Source of the DNA: Oculina patagonica
Taxonomy: Eukaryota
DNA: 64,000 nucleotides
Assembly: GCF_052425735.1 (NCBI RefSeq)
Contig: NC_135770.1
Span: 19,964,001-20,028,000 of the forward strand
Direction: 5' to 3'
Positions within the stretch are counted from its first letter, which is position 1. Every line of letters starts with the position of its first letter. The position numbers and the translations under genes were made by a program. The notes beneath the pieces were generated by a model, which made no database searches, was not told where the DNA came from, and worked only from the letters and a program-made list of their open reading frames with translations. Below are positions 26,554 to 37,972 of the stretch, piece after piece.

Positions 26554-28850
26554 GCTAAAAGAGTGGTTAAACATTAACCACCCGGTTTCGAGCTACTAAG
26601 TAGCTTCTTGTTTTTTTTTGTCGGTAAATCGATCCAGACCAACGCGGCCCAGCCGGCTCTTCTGTCACGGTCACGCAAGATTTAATATTTAATAGCGATC
26701 AGCCGATCACTCGCGTTTAACATGAACACTCTGCTCTCTGAAATGTATAATTTTGTTTCATTCCATATTTTACAAAAAGAGAGGGCTGAATATATCACAT
26801 AGCGAAAACAAAGACCGCTTGGACATGTCCAAGCTATTTAAAACTACCACTACATCATGCATCAGACTCATGTCACGCGATCTCTCGCTTGTAGCTATAA
26901 ATAATCATTCACCTATTTTCTGTTTGAATACTCTGCGCTCTGTTTGTGTGAAATATTTATTGTTGTGTTACTCAAGCGTTTGGCTCGGAGCGATTACAAG
27001 TCGTACAATTTACCTGGAACGTGTTAAATATTGCAAAACGACGACTTATTTTCTAAATATCCCAATTTTTGTTTTGAGTTTACGGTATTTTGAGAATCGA
27101 AACGTTATCGAAACGTAAGTTGCAAGCTCAGCAAGAATGTGTCAAAGCACGGGATACACGTCGTCGCGCCAGGGGAATTACCAAAAGCTTGTCGGAAGAC
27201 GCTAAACGGAGAAACACAATGGGATGGCCTTAGTCTACTTTTTATTTTGGCGTGATTTGGCTTTCTTTTAAATGAACTGGTTTGGGTTTATTTTATTGAA
27301 CATTCGGAACAAAATAAATATTTGCATGCGTAAGCAGGCATTTTTCCGGCTAGGCATGTGGTTTTAAAAAGCAAAAGATGACGTGGTAAAGGAAATTCAT
27401 GTCACGTTCACTCCGTGACCACAGGGAGCCCAGGCTCACGCTTTGACAACTCGGTCAAAATGGCGGCTTCAAAATTATAAAGATTTGTATGAAACATTAT
27501 AGGAAAAAATCAGATCGAAAGAAAATATAATAAACCGCTAGTAAAGTTCACATTTCATTTCATATGTTGTCTATGTGACGTTTCTTGACTGTTCTAAAGC
27601 ATTTAAACCCTATTTAACCGATATTTTTAATTTTAGTTTACTCTTACCTAAATATATGCAAGGGTGAACACTTCCGACGCTAGATAAACACCACTGTTCG
27701 ACACAAATGAGCCAAAAATTGCTTTTAATTTGATCCACTCACTCCAAAACTTCGCATGGGCATAATTCGAAGACCATTCTTTTACTGCAGCAAATTTTTG
27801 ATTCGCCTGCCACTCTCCGCGATTAAAGAATACGGGAAAAATGACCAAGGTTTGCAAACTTTTGGCTTTCTCCAACACCTTGAACCAGAGAGAGTAGACG
27901 CATTTTTAATTAGCCTTGACTTTCACGTGCAGCCTCACGCTATGATTGGGCGATGGTTGTCAGGGCGACGATACTTTTTTCCCGTGGGGGAAGGAGGCAA
28001 ACGAGACTGTCAAGGGTGCTCTGCCTTACACAAGTACACTGGCCCGAGCTCCCATAGGGTAATTTTGCCTCACATACAATTCTAGAATCACAGGTATACC
28101 GTGACGGAATTTTGCAGAACCCTGCATATTAATATTCGTCGTTAAAACCGGGAGACTGATCAACTGACGGACAAAAATAACTAAAAGAGTCCTAAAACCA
28201 GGCGCTAATCAAATGACTTGTTACTCTGTCAGTTTTTCCGTGAGATTTCTGTTTCTCGTCGTGAGATTGAAGTGAAAACCGTGAGTCTCAGGACAAAATC
28301 GTGAGACTTGAGAGGTCTGCAGATGCTGTTTACACTGACAGTTGCGTTTATTTTTAAGCTTTTTGTTTGTTTTTCTTAGTGATAAAAGCAATCACACGAG
28401 ATTCCCACCATTCTAGTCATATTAGTCAATCAGATAATAGCTACCGTTTCGTGAGAACAATGTGTTTTATGATTTTGGTACAGCAACAGGGGAAAAGCAT
28501 GTCTTAAACAGGGTTGCGCCTTACAGAACTGTAGGTATGTCGACCGACAATATGTCAGGAAAACCTTTTTTTGCCGTTTCCATTTTTGATTAGATCCGAT
28601 TTCAAAGATGTAATAGACCGTAGTAGTCGAACCACATGTGTGCCTTTACTTCAGTTGACTAGCTAGCTTAGGCAAGTTAGAATTTGTGCTGATTAAACTA
28701 GTTCAAAACAACTGATCCCGTGGACATTATTTTCCTTATGTGTCTTCAATTTGAGTATCACTCGAAAACACACGCGAAAGGTCAACCATGAAACTTTGCT
28801 TGGTAGTGTGCGTGAGATTATTGAAACGTGAGGCTGAAAACGTTCTTATC

Positions 28851-29769
28851 CAGGCGTAGTCAATCGATAGAAATCGATATCGGAAATCAATCGATACAAT
28901 CGATATCTATCGATATCAATCGGTGATTGATATCGATTGAAATCGGTAATCGATAACAATCGAACTCACAGAAAAATATTATTATCGATTGTTATCGATT
29001 GAGAAAATCGATAATAATCGATAGCAATCGACAGTAGTCGATAACAATCACTAATCCCAAGAAGCCTCTGGAGGTGTATTCGTTTCAAACATATTCTAAA
29101 GATGGCGTTACTATTTAGTAAAACAATACGACACCGGCGTTTAAATGGTGAAACATTTTATTAATTCAGCATCTAGTCCTGCCGAAGTCCAGTCTGGGGT
29201 CCAGGCAGAATGTTTTCATAAAGATTCTCGGGGTCCATTCAACCCAGGCAGCGGTCAGAGCGCTGTCGATTGCTTCTCCATTATGGCATTCAGTTCTTGC
29301 GTTGGTGAAAGTTCAACTCGATCCAATAATTATATGCACGGACATTGTAGCCCTCCCAAATGATTCCATCTTTTTGCTTCATACAATGCATTTATGACGT
29401 TGTTATAGCGAGACTAGAGGGTTGCGCACCGCTACATATTGTTCTTGTTCTTTTAGTACAAGTTTGGTAATATTTGCATTACATATCCACGATTGAAGAA
29501 CTCAATACACCCATAAAACAACATCGTGTCCATGTTTAACATGAGGAATTGACATAAATAACTTCCGATAAAAATCGATAACAATCAATAGCAATCGATA
29601 AACCAATCCTTATCGATTTCCGATGTCAATCGAACTCACAACTTTTTTTCTTTATCGATTCCTATCGAGTGGTATCGGAAATCGATATCAATCTTCCTTG
29701 TCAATCTTCGATTGATATCGATTGCTATTGATTGTTATCGATTATCGGTTTATCGATTGACTACGCCTG
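28851..29769. mobile_element. hAT-like MITE with ATCGAT subterminal arrays
   Basis: caggcgtagtcaatcgata / tatcgattgactacgcctg TIR; 8-bp flanks ttcttatc/gtcttatc. Confidence 0.85.
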
Positions 29770-30149
29770 GTCTTATCAGTCACAGACACAAAACAACAAA
29801 GGAGAATCTGTGACTTTGTTGACCTTTTTAAGATATTTAAGAATTATCTGTGACAGATAAATGCTTATGAATCTGTGTGTGTCTGTATTCTTTTTGTGCT
29901 GTTATCGGAGTCCTATAACTGTTCAACGGCTACATGCTGGAGTGTACTTTGAATTTAAGTCAAGCCTGCTTGGAAAAATCGCTTTTGAAAAGGTGTCGGA
30001 AACAAGTCGCGTGACAATAATAAGTACAAACATTATCCGCCTGACAGAAATAGCAACGATCAATTAGAATGAATCAAGATGGACGCTTAATTACCGTGAT
30101 TGTGATCGGAATGGATACTATTAAGGCATCGATTTCAAAACTTTAAGCA

Positions 30150-30510
30150 TGTAATCTTATACAATAATTAAAGATAGAAACTTCACGGACAGTTACTCAG
30201 AGTTTCACGCACGATGCGATCATCAGACTGTGTCGTTAGATGCGGTGAAATACAATTTAAACTACGTTCATGGAGGACGGTTGGAACGATCCTGTCTCTG
30301 ATTGGCCGTGTAGTACTTGTTTTCGTGCCTGCACTTGGTAACAAGCTCAGATCTTTTGTTCAAGAAGGTGGATCTGTCAGCTGATAGTATGCAGAGCTTC
30401 TCCGTCAGAAACAAATTGCAGCGTGACGGGTTTCCGCTGTAAGCGCTTGCTCTCGTGACAATGGACCACATGATCGAAAATTCGGTGTTGTTGTCTTTCA
30501 GGTCCCAAAT
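30150..30510 (-). mobile_element. Penelope-like retroelement 3' fragment (end of GIY-YIG region plus terminal repeat sequence)
   Basis: WDLKDNNTEFSIMWSIV...CNLFLTEKLCIL...LNKRSELVTKCRHENKY resembles Penelope-like endonuclease C-termini and is followed by a hammerhead motif. Confidence 0.8.
30189..30231 (-). ncRNA. Minimal type I hammerhead ribozyme
   Basis: Minus strand reads acagu-CUGAUGA-ucgcaucgugcgu-GAAAC-ucuga-GUA-acugu: stem I, full catalytic core, stem II cgca/ugcg, short palindromic stem III and a GUA cleavage triplet. Confidence 0.85.
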
Positions 30511-30923
30511 CTTATATATATTTTTTAGTTGGATTTTAAGCCTTTCGCGTGAGAACCTTTTGTAGTTGGAATAAACCTTTGTTTTTATCTTTAACTGTGA
30601 AATCGTGAAGTTCAGCGCAAGCATTCACGACAAAGGTTTCTGAATTGACAAGTGAATAAAGAGTTTCGTATATCGTGTTGTGAATGTCACAACTTTTATC
30701 GAGCGACAAAAGTAGCTTTAGTTTTAGTTTAAATTTTAGGGGTGAGGAGTCTAAATGTTTCTTTATGTTAGATGCACGCTTTTTAATTTTCGATATCTTT
30801 ACAAGCAATAAATAGACGTGAAGAGCGGTCTATTTTCAAATAAATCAAACTCTGAAAAGAGTCACAAGACAATAAGCCCAGAGGGCTTTTGATCTAAAGA
30901 TTTTACTGTGCGGCGCCGTGCCT

Positions 30924-33734
30924 TTACAACAACAACAATTTATTGAGGTATTTCCATAAAAATACATGGCATTACCTACTTACACTTGAGAAATTACAAG
31001 TAGTATCAGAAATAAAACAAAAATGCGATTTTATCATTTGGAAAATAAAGTTTCATGTCTAAGAGACATAGCTTGAAAAACAAAAGCAGCAGTTGATCGA
31101 CAAACAGCAGGATCAATGCTGTTACAAAGAAATAAAGATTTTGCATTAATATCAAACTCGTTAAAAATACTATATTTGGCGGTTATTTCATTAAAGAACT
31201 TTAAACGTATGTTTTCGTATAGCTTGCATGAAAATAAGAAATGCATTTCGTTTTCAATTTCATCCGAATGGCAGAAAGAACAGATTCTCAAATTAATAGG
31301 AGTCTTGGGTATTGTGTGTCTACCAGTTTCGATACGTAATTTGTGATTCCCAAGTCGAAATTTGCTAATGGCAGTTCTGTGGTGAGGATTGTTGATTGCG
31401 TCCAGAAAACTAGATTTTTTGGTATCTTTTTTAAATGAATGATAAAATTGTAATTTTCTGTTTGTGCTAATTAGTTTTAGTTGATGAGCTATTAACGCTT
31501 TGCTAATGTTTTGCTTAATGTAAGAAGTAAAGAGTTTTCCGTTGTTTTCATTTAATATTAAAGAGCTCGAGTTGTATTTATTGCATAACTGATTCATTTT
31601 AAGCATTAGACCTGTCTGGGTTTTATCAGCCATCTCCTTAGAAAGCTGTAGACATTGCTTAGCGATGTTATTTTCTGGTAAGCTCTGAAGATGAATCCAA
31701 AATTTTACTATGGAGGTTTCGATGGCTAATTTTAGAGGAAGCCTTCCAAGTTCATTTCTGGTTGCAACATTTGGGCATTGTTTATTCACTCCTAAGAATT
31801 GTTTGCAAAAATATATGTGTGTTTTTTCGATGTCATCTTTCTCCCAATTGTTGAAATCATCTTTATCGTAGATACCCCAAACTTCTGAGCCGTACAGTAA
31901 AATAGGGAGAAAGAGAGAATCAAAGAGTTTATTTGTGACACTAAGGGACAATTTTGAAAAATCCAAGTAACGGCGAGTAGCAAAGATGGATCTTCTTGTT
32001 TTATCTTTTAAGTTTGATTTACAGTCTCTAAAGCTTCCGTTTGCAGAAAAATTTATACCAAGATAAGTGTAATTGTTGACAATTTCAATTTTGTCATTGT
32101 TTATATGAAAATAATGCTTGTCGAGTAAAGATTTCCTGCATTTCTTTTGGAAGATGACAACTTTCGTTTTCTTTGGATTAACGGACAGCAGCCAATCGTT
32201 ACAGTATTTTTCAAGAATGGAAAGTGCCTTCTGCAGACCTTTAGCTGAGTGAGAGATTAATACTAAGTCGTCTGCGTAAAGTAAACAGTTTAAATTGGAG
32301 CCGTTAGGTAGAGCGATAGGATCTGTGTCTTCTCGGTCTAGTAAAAAAGGGATTTCATTTAAGTATAAATTAAATAACATGGGCGACAGAATGCAGCCTT
32401 GACGTACACCTTTCTGATAATCGAAAAATTCAGTCCTTTGGTCACCATACTTAACAGAACATTTAGTTTTTGAGTAAAGATTTTTAATCAAATCATAGAA
32501 ATTTCCACCAATCTTATAATGTAAAAGTTTGTAGAATAGTCCATCATGCCAAACCGAATCAAAAGCTTTCTTGAAGTCAATAAAACAAGTGTACAGTTTG
32601 CCTCTTGCTGTATGACTGACATATTTATCCACTAATGTTCTTAGGGTAAAAATATGATCTGATGTGCGATGATTAGGTAAAAAACCGATTTGAGCTTGAT
32701 GTAATATGTTTTGTTGAAGTACATGATTTTTCAACCTGGCATTGAGGACCGAGGTAAAAAGTTTTCCGAGACAGCTACTAATGCATATTCCCCTGTAGTT
32801 AGAAGGGTCGTTTTTATTTCCCGATTTATAAATTGGTGTAATTAATCCTTCGCACCAAGTGCTAGGAAAGAAACCGCTTTTCAGAATAAGATTAAATAAT
32901 TTGCAAAGGGCAGTGATAAAATATTGCATTCCAGCTTTTAGCATTTCATTGCGAATCTTGTCAGGACCGGGGACTTTCTTTGATCGAAGTAATTTTGTCA
33001 TAGATTCTATTTCAGCAGGTGTAATAATTGTATCTAAATAATTGTGGGTGGTTTTTGTTTCTTCTAAGCTGAAGAGTTTCTCCCCTAAAATATTATTGCG
33101 AGGTAATAATGATGAGGTATTTATGGACGAATGTAAATCTTGAAAATGGTGATACAACTTGTCAACAGGAATATCATGATTGTTGGAAGGGGGGTTGTGG
33201 CCTTCCTTCATTAATTTGAGGTTATCCCAAAATTTATGACTGTCTTTGTGATTAACAAGGTCTTCAATTTGGGAATTGAGATGTTTCGATTTTTTGTACT
33301 TAATCAATTTCTTGAATGTTTTGCGAGTCGTATGGTAATCATGTCTAAGTTTTGCATCGTAAGGATTTCTATGTTTTTGGTTGGAAAGCATACTGAGATT
33401 CTTTCGCAGAAGTGCACAGTCTTTATCAAACCATAAGTTATGTTTCTTTGTTTTCTTTTTAGGACAAGCGATTTTGAGAGATCGTAAACATGTATCAGTT
33501 ATGATTTTAGTGAATTGTTCTGTTGCCAAATCAATTCCTTTACAATCAAAGGTAAAGTTAGTCTTCTCAAAGTTCGATAGACGTAAAAGAACGTCATCTT
33601 GTTTTAAGGCATTGCGAAAATTTTCAAAGGATGATTGATCCCAGATGAACTGTTTTGGATTATTGAAAGTTTTTACATTTGTATGACTGGTAGTTTTGGA
33701 AGAGGCTGGTGTTTGGAGATTTAACCAGCAGATG
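30924..33734 (-). mobile_element. 5'-truncated non-LTR retrotransposon (probably RTE-X-like clade)
   Basis: Open ORF2 from the end of the endonuclease through RT; 3' aataaa followed by a (TTG)n tail at ~30924-30943. No clear TSD. Confidence 0.88.
31034..33529 (-). CDS. LINE ORF2 reverse transcriptase with C-terminal CCHC zinc knuckle (5'-truncated; frame open to ~33730)
   Basis: PGPDKI, NYRGI, FIDFKKAFDSV, GVRQGCILSP, LLYADD, YLG and HKLRIETGRH...CSFC...HFLFSC motifs with no stops over 831 aa. Confidence 0.9.
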   Translation of the reverse strand: MATEQFTKIITDTCLRSLKIACPKKKTKKHNLWFDKDCALLRKNLSMLSNQKHRNPYDAKLRHDYHTTRKTFKKLIKYKKSKHLNSQIEDLVNHKDSHKFWDNLKLMKEGHNPPSNNHDIPVDKLYHHFQDLHSSINTSSLLPRNNILGEKLFSLEETKTTHNYLDTIITPAEIESMTKLLRSKKVPGPDKIRNEMLKAGMQYFITALCKLFNLILKSGFFPSTWCEGLITPIYKSGNKNDPSNYRGICISSCLGKLFTSVLNARLKNHVLQQNILHQAQIGFLPNHRTSDHIFTLRTLVDKYVSHTARGKLYTCFIDFKKAFDSVWHDGLFYKLLHYKIGGNFYDLIKNLYSKTKCSVKYGDQRTEFFDYQKGVRQGCILSPMLFNLYLNEIPFLLDREDTDPIALPNGSNLNCLLYADDLVLISHSAKGLQKALSILEKYCNDWLLSVNPKKTKVVIFQKKCRKSLLDKHYFHINNDKIEIVNNYTYLGINFSANGSFRDCKSNLKDKTRRSIFATRRYLDFSKLSLSVTNKLFDSLFLPILLYGSEVWGIYDKDDFNNWEKDDIEKTHIYFCKQFLGVNKQCPNVATRNELGRLPLKLAIETSIVKFWIHLQSLPENNIAKQCLQLSKEMADKTQTGLMLKMNQLCNKYNSSSLILNENNGKLFTSYIKQNISKALIAHQLKLISTNRKLQFYHSFKKDTKKSSFLDAINNPHHRTAISKFRLGNHKLRIETGRHTIPKTPINLRICSFCHSDEIENEMHFLFSCKLYENIRLKFFNEITAKYSIFNEFDINAKSLFLCNSIDPAVCRSTAAFVFQAMSLRHETLFSK

Positions 33735-34240
33735 AGTTAAGCCAAAGCACTGAAAGAGGTCAGGTGGTCAAACATTACCCGCACGATTATAAACTGCTTG
33801 CAGTTCTTGTTTCTTTGTAAGACTTTGTGCAACATGTTGCGCGCAACAACACTTTTTTTTATTTATTCACCCTTGATAGGAACACTTGAGCAGTTTGAAG
33901 ACGAGTTCTGTTTTCGATTCTGTTCCCAGACACGTTGTCTAGCCATGTCTGCTCGATTCCACATCACTTCAGCAAAATATCGTTCATAGTTATTCATTGC
34001 TTATGCATAAGCTCTGAAATAGAAAAAGAATAACAATTTCAGTATTTGTTAACGGTTAAATTAAGGATTTATCGTGGAAAAAGCCATCTCGTTAGTTCGT
34101 GACTATAAATCCGAACCTTTCAGCTAATTACTCTTACGGTTTGTTGCGGTTTGGTCTCGCATCTGATTGGTCGCGAAACAATAAACAGTCCAAAAATAAT
34201 TTTTGGCGTCACGCTTTTATGATTTTCACTGGAATATGCG

Positions 34241-35803
34241 ATGGAGTCTTCGCAATTTGTTGCCGTTTATTTTTGTTATATTTCAATCTTGCTTTCTGTC
34301 AAGCCTTGCTTGTCGAACTACACGGGTGCAGTTTACGAGCATGTTACATTCTTTGTCGTTGAAAACAAGACTGAGTTAACTCGCCCAGCAGCCTTGGAAA
34401 TTATGAAAAAGAACCTCGATGTTTACCAAACACAGGCAGTCCTGGCAAAATCCAAGGGTGCCGACATCATAGTCTTTCCAGAGGATGGTTTGTATGGCTT
34501 TGACTTTACACGCGAACAAATCTTTCCTTTTCTTGAAATTATCCCGGATCCATCAAAGCTGGAAAAAAGTTGGATTCCCTGCACAGATCCCGATCGTTTC
34601 GACAACACTGAAGTGTTAGGGGAGCTGAGCTGCATTGCTCAAAACTCTTCCATTGCGGTGGTTGCTAACATGGGCGATGTGCAGTATTGTGACAAGTCGG
34701 ATCCACACTGCCCCGAAGATGGCAGATACCAGTTTAACACTGATGTGGTCTTCGATACAGACGGCACATTACTAGCAAAGTACCACAAGCAACACTTGTT
34801 TCACGAAGATCAGTTCAACACTCCTCAGAAAGTAGAAATCGTGATTTTTAAGACGTCGTTTGGTGTGACGTTTGGAGTGTTCACTTGTTTTGACATGCTT
34901 TTCTATGATCCTGCTATTGTGCTTGTCGAGAAGTTTGGTGTTCGCAACATTGTGTTCCCAACTGCATGGATGGATGGATTTCCCATCCTGGCCTCAGTAG
35001 AGTATCAACAGGCATGGTCAATATTGACATGTGCCAATCTTCTAGCAGCCAATCAGCATGTACCCCGGTTGGATATTGTTGGGAGTGGGATTTACTCTTG
35101 CGGAGAAGCATTATCGTATGTCTATGACTTGAAGACCGATGAAGGGCATCTTTTGGTGGCAAGTTTGCCTAACTTAGAGATGCACCCAAAACTACCTCTG
35201 GAGCATGACACCTGTCAATCAAACAATGTGCAATCTAATTTGCCACTGTATGATATGAAGCATGAATCCTGTCAATCAAAGAATGTGCCATTCAACTTGC
35301 CAGCGAATGACATCAAACAGGCAAGATCAATCTTTCATTCGAAGCTGCTTCATGACATCTACACGTTCGTCAAAATTGATGGTGCTGAGGGCAATGCTTC
35401 AGTTTGTGCTAATGAGTTTTGCTGCTATGCAAGTTACACCTTGCCAAGTCAGCAACCTTTGGATAATGAACTTTTTGCATTAGGAGCTTTTAACGGACAC
35501 CATGACTCATACAGCTACATCATCCAGGCTTGTGTTTTGATAAAATGCAACAGCATGTTGAAAGATTCCTGTGGGACGGCGACGCTAACTTCATCAACAA
35601 TATTCAATTCATTCCAGCTAATGGGGAACTTTTCATCAAAGGCTTATGTATTTCCTGAGGTTCTGGCATCCAATGTGGAGCTAATCGCAGCGAAGGAAAT
35701 CTCAATCTCTGGGAATGTTAATATGAGTGTAAACTCATTTGAAAAACCTTTGCTGTCAGCTGTTCTTTTTGGCCGGATTTATGAGCTTGATCATGTTGAA
35801 TAG
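34241..35803 (+). CDS. VNN: Vanin/pantetheinase-biotinidase family amidohydrolase (nitrilase fold), secreted, single coding exon, 520 aa
   Basis: Hydrophobic signal peptide, then AVYEH, IIVFPEDG (Glu), YHKQHLF (Lys), FTCFDMLF (Cys) and FPTAW, followed by a Cys-rich base domain ending LFGRIYE. No hydrophobic GPI tail. Confidence 0.93.
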   Translation: MESSQFVAVYFCYISILLSVKPCLSNYTGAVYEHVTFFVVENKTELTRPAALEIMKKNLDVYQTQAVLAKSKGADIIVFPEDGLYGFDFTREQIFPFLEIIPDPSKLEKSWIPCTDPDRFDNTEVLGELSCIAQNSSIAVVANMGDVQYCDKSDPHCPEDGRYQFNTDVVFDTDGTLLAKYHKQHLFHEDQFNTPQKVEIVIFKTSFGVTFGVFTCFDMLFYDPAIVLVEKFGVRNIVFPTAWMDGFPILASVEYQQAWSILTCANLLAANQHVPRLDIVGSGIYSCGEALSYVYDLKTDEGHLLVASLPNLEMHPKLPLEHDTCQSNNVQSNLPLYDMKHESCQSKNVPFNLPANDIKQARSIFHSKLLHDIYTFVKIDGAEGNASVCANEFCCYASYTLPSQQPLDNELFALGAFNGHHDSYSYIIQACVLIKCNSMLKDSCGTATLTSSTIFNSFQLMGNFSSKAYVFPEVLASNVELIAAKEISISGNVNMSVNSFEKPLLSAVLFGRIYELDHVE

Positions 35804-35924
35804 TAGATCAGATAACAGATGAACAGGGGCAGATTTGCGGGGGGGGGGGGGGGGAAGGCAAAAGCCCAAAATCTCTGTTTTTCCCTGTCAATTAAGGTCC
35901 TCCAACATTACATTTACATTGCCA

Positions 35925-36097
35925 CAATACCCGATTCCCTCTATAGCGCGCGCCTGCAGGGAATCACGGTAGTTGTATTCATCAAACCCTGCGCGCGACT
36001 CAGCAGCGATGCGCGTTGTTGAGTCGCGCGCAGGGTTTGATGAATACAACTACCGTGATTCCCTGCAGGCGCGCGCTATAGAGGGAATCGGGTATTG
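35925..36097. repeat. Near-perfect 173-bp palindrome just downstream of the vanin stop codon
   Basis: ~78-bp perfectly complementary arms, extended by 8 more pairs (two G-U in RNA) around a 5-nt loop. Confidence 0.95.
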
Positions 36098-36156
36098 AAT
36101 ACTGACTGTATTTTAAGAATAGTTATCTTAATAAATTAGCTTTTAAATGTAATTTA

Positions 36157-36834
36157 AGAGCCGGTCATAATTAAAGTACAGAGGGAGGTGCATGGGCTAT
36201 AAAAAATTGGGGGTGGGCCACTATTTTTCAACATGTCAAAAAGGGTGGGTCAGGAAAAATAATACAATTTATTAGGGGTGGGTCATGGTTAAATAAATTA
36301 TTATTCATTTAACAGCATCTATAAAAGTGCAAACATTCTATCAGGATGCCTAAAACAGAGTTTCAGAGGTGCTTAAGCTGTAAAAATTTAAATTTTCCCA
36401 GGGGAGCATTCCCCCGGACCCCTCTACTTTGCCAAGGGCTCCTGACTTAGCTTTGTACAAACATCATTAACTCAAAACCACCAACTATTAGTATCCCTTT
36501 AAACTACAGAGACTACATCTACAACAGTATAAAAATTCTACCAGAATGTCTAGAATGGTAGGATTCTAACACTGACATGATTAAAACTTTCGATCTTGAA
36601 AATGTTTTGGAGATTCTGGCCAAAGTAGTAAGCCAATGTTCCCTATGTACCTATCTACATTACTGATTTTGGTTGGGGGGGGGGGGGGCACTAGGTTTTT
36701 CTGTGCCACTCCAGGGGTGGGCTGCCCCAATTTTGTCAAATAATTCAGGGTTGGGCCACTGAAAATCAGTACTTACAAAAAGACTGAAAAATTCACAGCC
36801 CGCCCCCAACCCCTGTACTTTATGACCGGTCCCT
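36157..36834. mobile_element. PIF/Harbinger-like MITE
   Basis: ccggtcataa...aagtacag / ctgtactttatgaccgg TIR with TTA/TAA-type flanks. Confidence 0.65.
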
Positions 36835-37569
36835 TAGCAATTAATTGTTGGCCAGTAATTTAGCCCTCACTATGTTTATGTCACCATTATTTTAATATTT
36901 TGTCATATTGTACCTACCGGGTAGTTTCAATTTTTTTTCATTCTTATTGTTGTAACTAGCTTTTAATTATTTTAGTATTGTGTGGTTCCAAAAAATGTCC
37001 ATACCTCCCCGCAGGAGGGATTGGAAATTCCTGTGGGTGTGAGGGGTCTCAAAAAGGGCAAAAACGTTAAGGAAATTAATGTATGAAGCTTAATTGAAAA
37101 ATCCCTTCCGTGGGGGAGCTATACATGTTTTCTGAAAGTACTACACATATAATTTCTAACTATATTGATATGTATTTTATCAATTGAAATAAAGAGACAT
37201 CATCCTCATCATTGGTTCCGGAAAAACCATGCAGAAAATCTAACTGGGCTACGCCAATCATATCATTTATTCCAAGATTATTCAATCTAAAGAAGGTACA
37301 TAGTGCAAAATTTAATTAAGAAACTAAACAGATGATCGGTATATAATTGCAAAACCTAAATAATTACATTGTTTAAAGCCTGAGTTACAGTACTGAACAC
37401 TTACTTCTTTCACGATATCCAATCAGATTGTTTTACAGTATGTTCAAGTAAAAAAAAAAAACAGATCGAAACAGGCTAGAAAAACGGCAGAAAATGGGTC
37501 AGCAACGAACGTGTTCTCAGTGAGAATATCTGTAAAAAGCTACTTGTCCAAGCTCAAAGGTCAATTAAC

Positions 37570-37972
37570 CCCAGGGGGGTACTCCGGCTTGTAAATGATG
37601 GGGATGATCGAATGGAGGCAAAACTCAGGACCCAAAAAAATCCCTTAAAGTCTTCCGACATTACCCAAAAAAATCCCTGAACCAAATATGACTCCCAAAA
37701 AAATCCCTTGTCAAATTACCCCTAAATTGCCAGGAGGGGCAATAATATAACACAAAGAAAATCATAAAAAATTGAACGCTCGTGATTGTTTATTCATCAT
37801 ACCATAAATATGCCAAGGCCGCATCAAGGCACTTTAGTTCATTTTAATCAAGTCACCCAAAAAAGTACTTGCCAAATTTTCCAACCCAAAAAAATCCCGG
37901 AATCGAAAATTTCAAGCCCAAAAAAATCCTTCGATCATCCCCGTCATTTACAAGCCGGAGAACCCCTCTGGG
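37570..37972. mobile_element. MITE with CCCAGGG termini and 8-bp TSD
   Basis: TSD caattaac; same family as 55409-55846. Confidence 0.85.
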
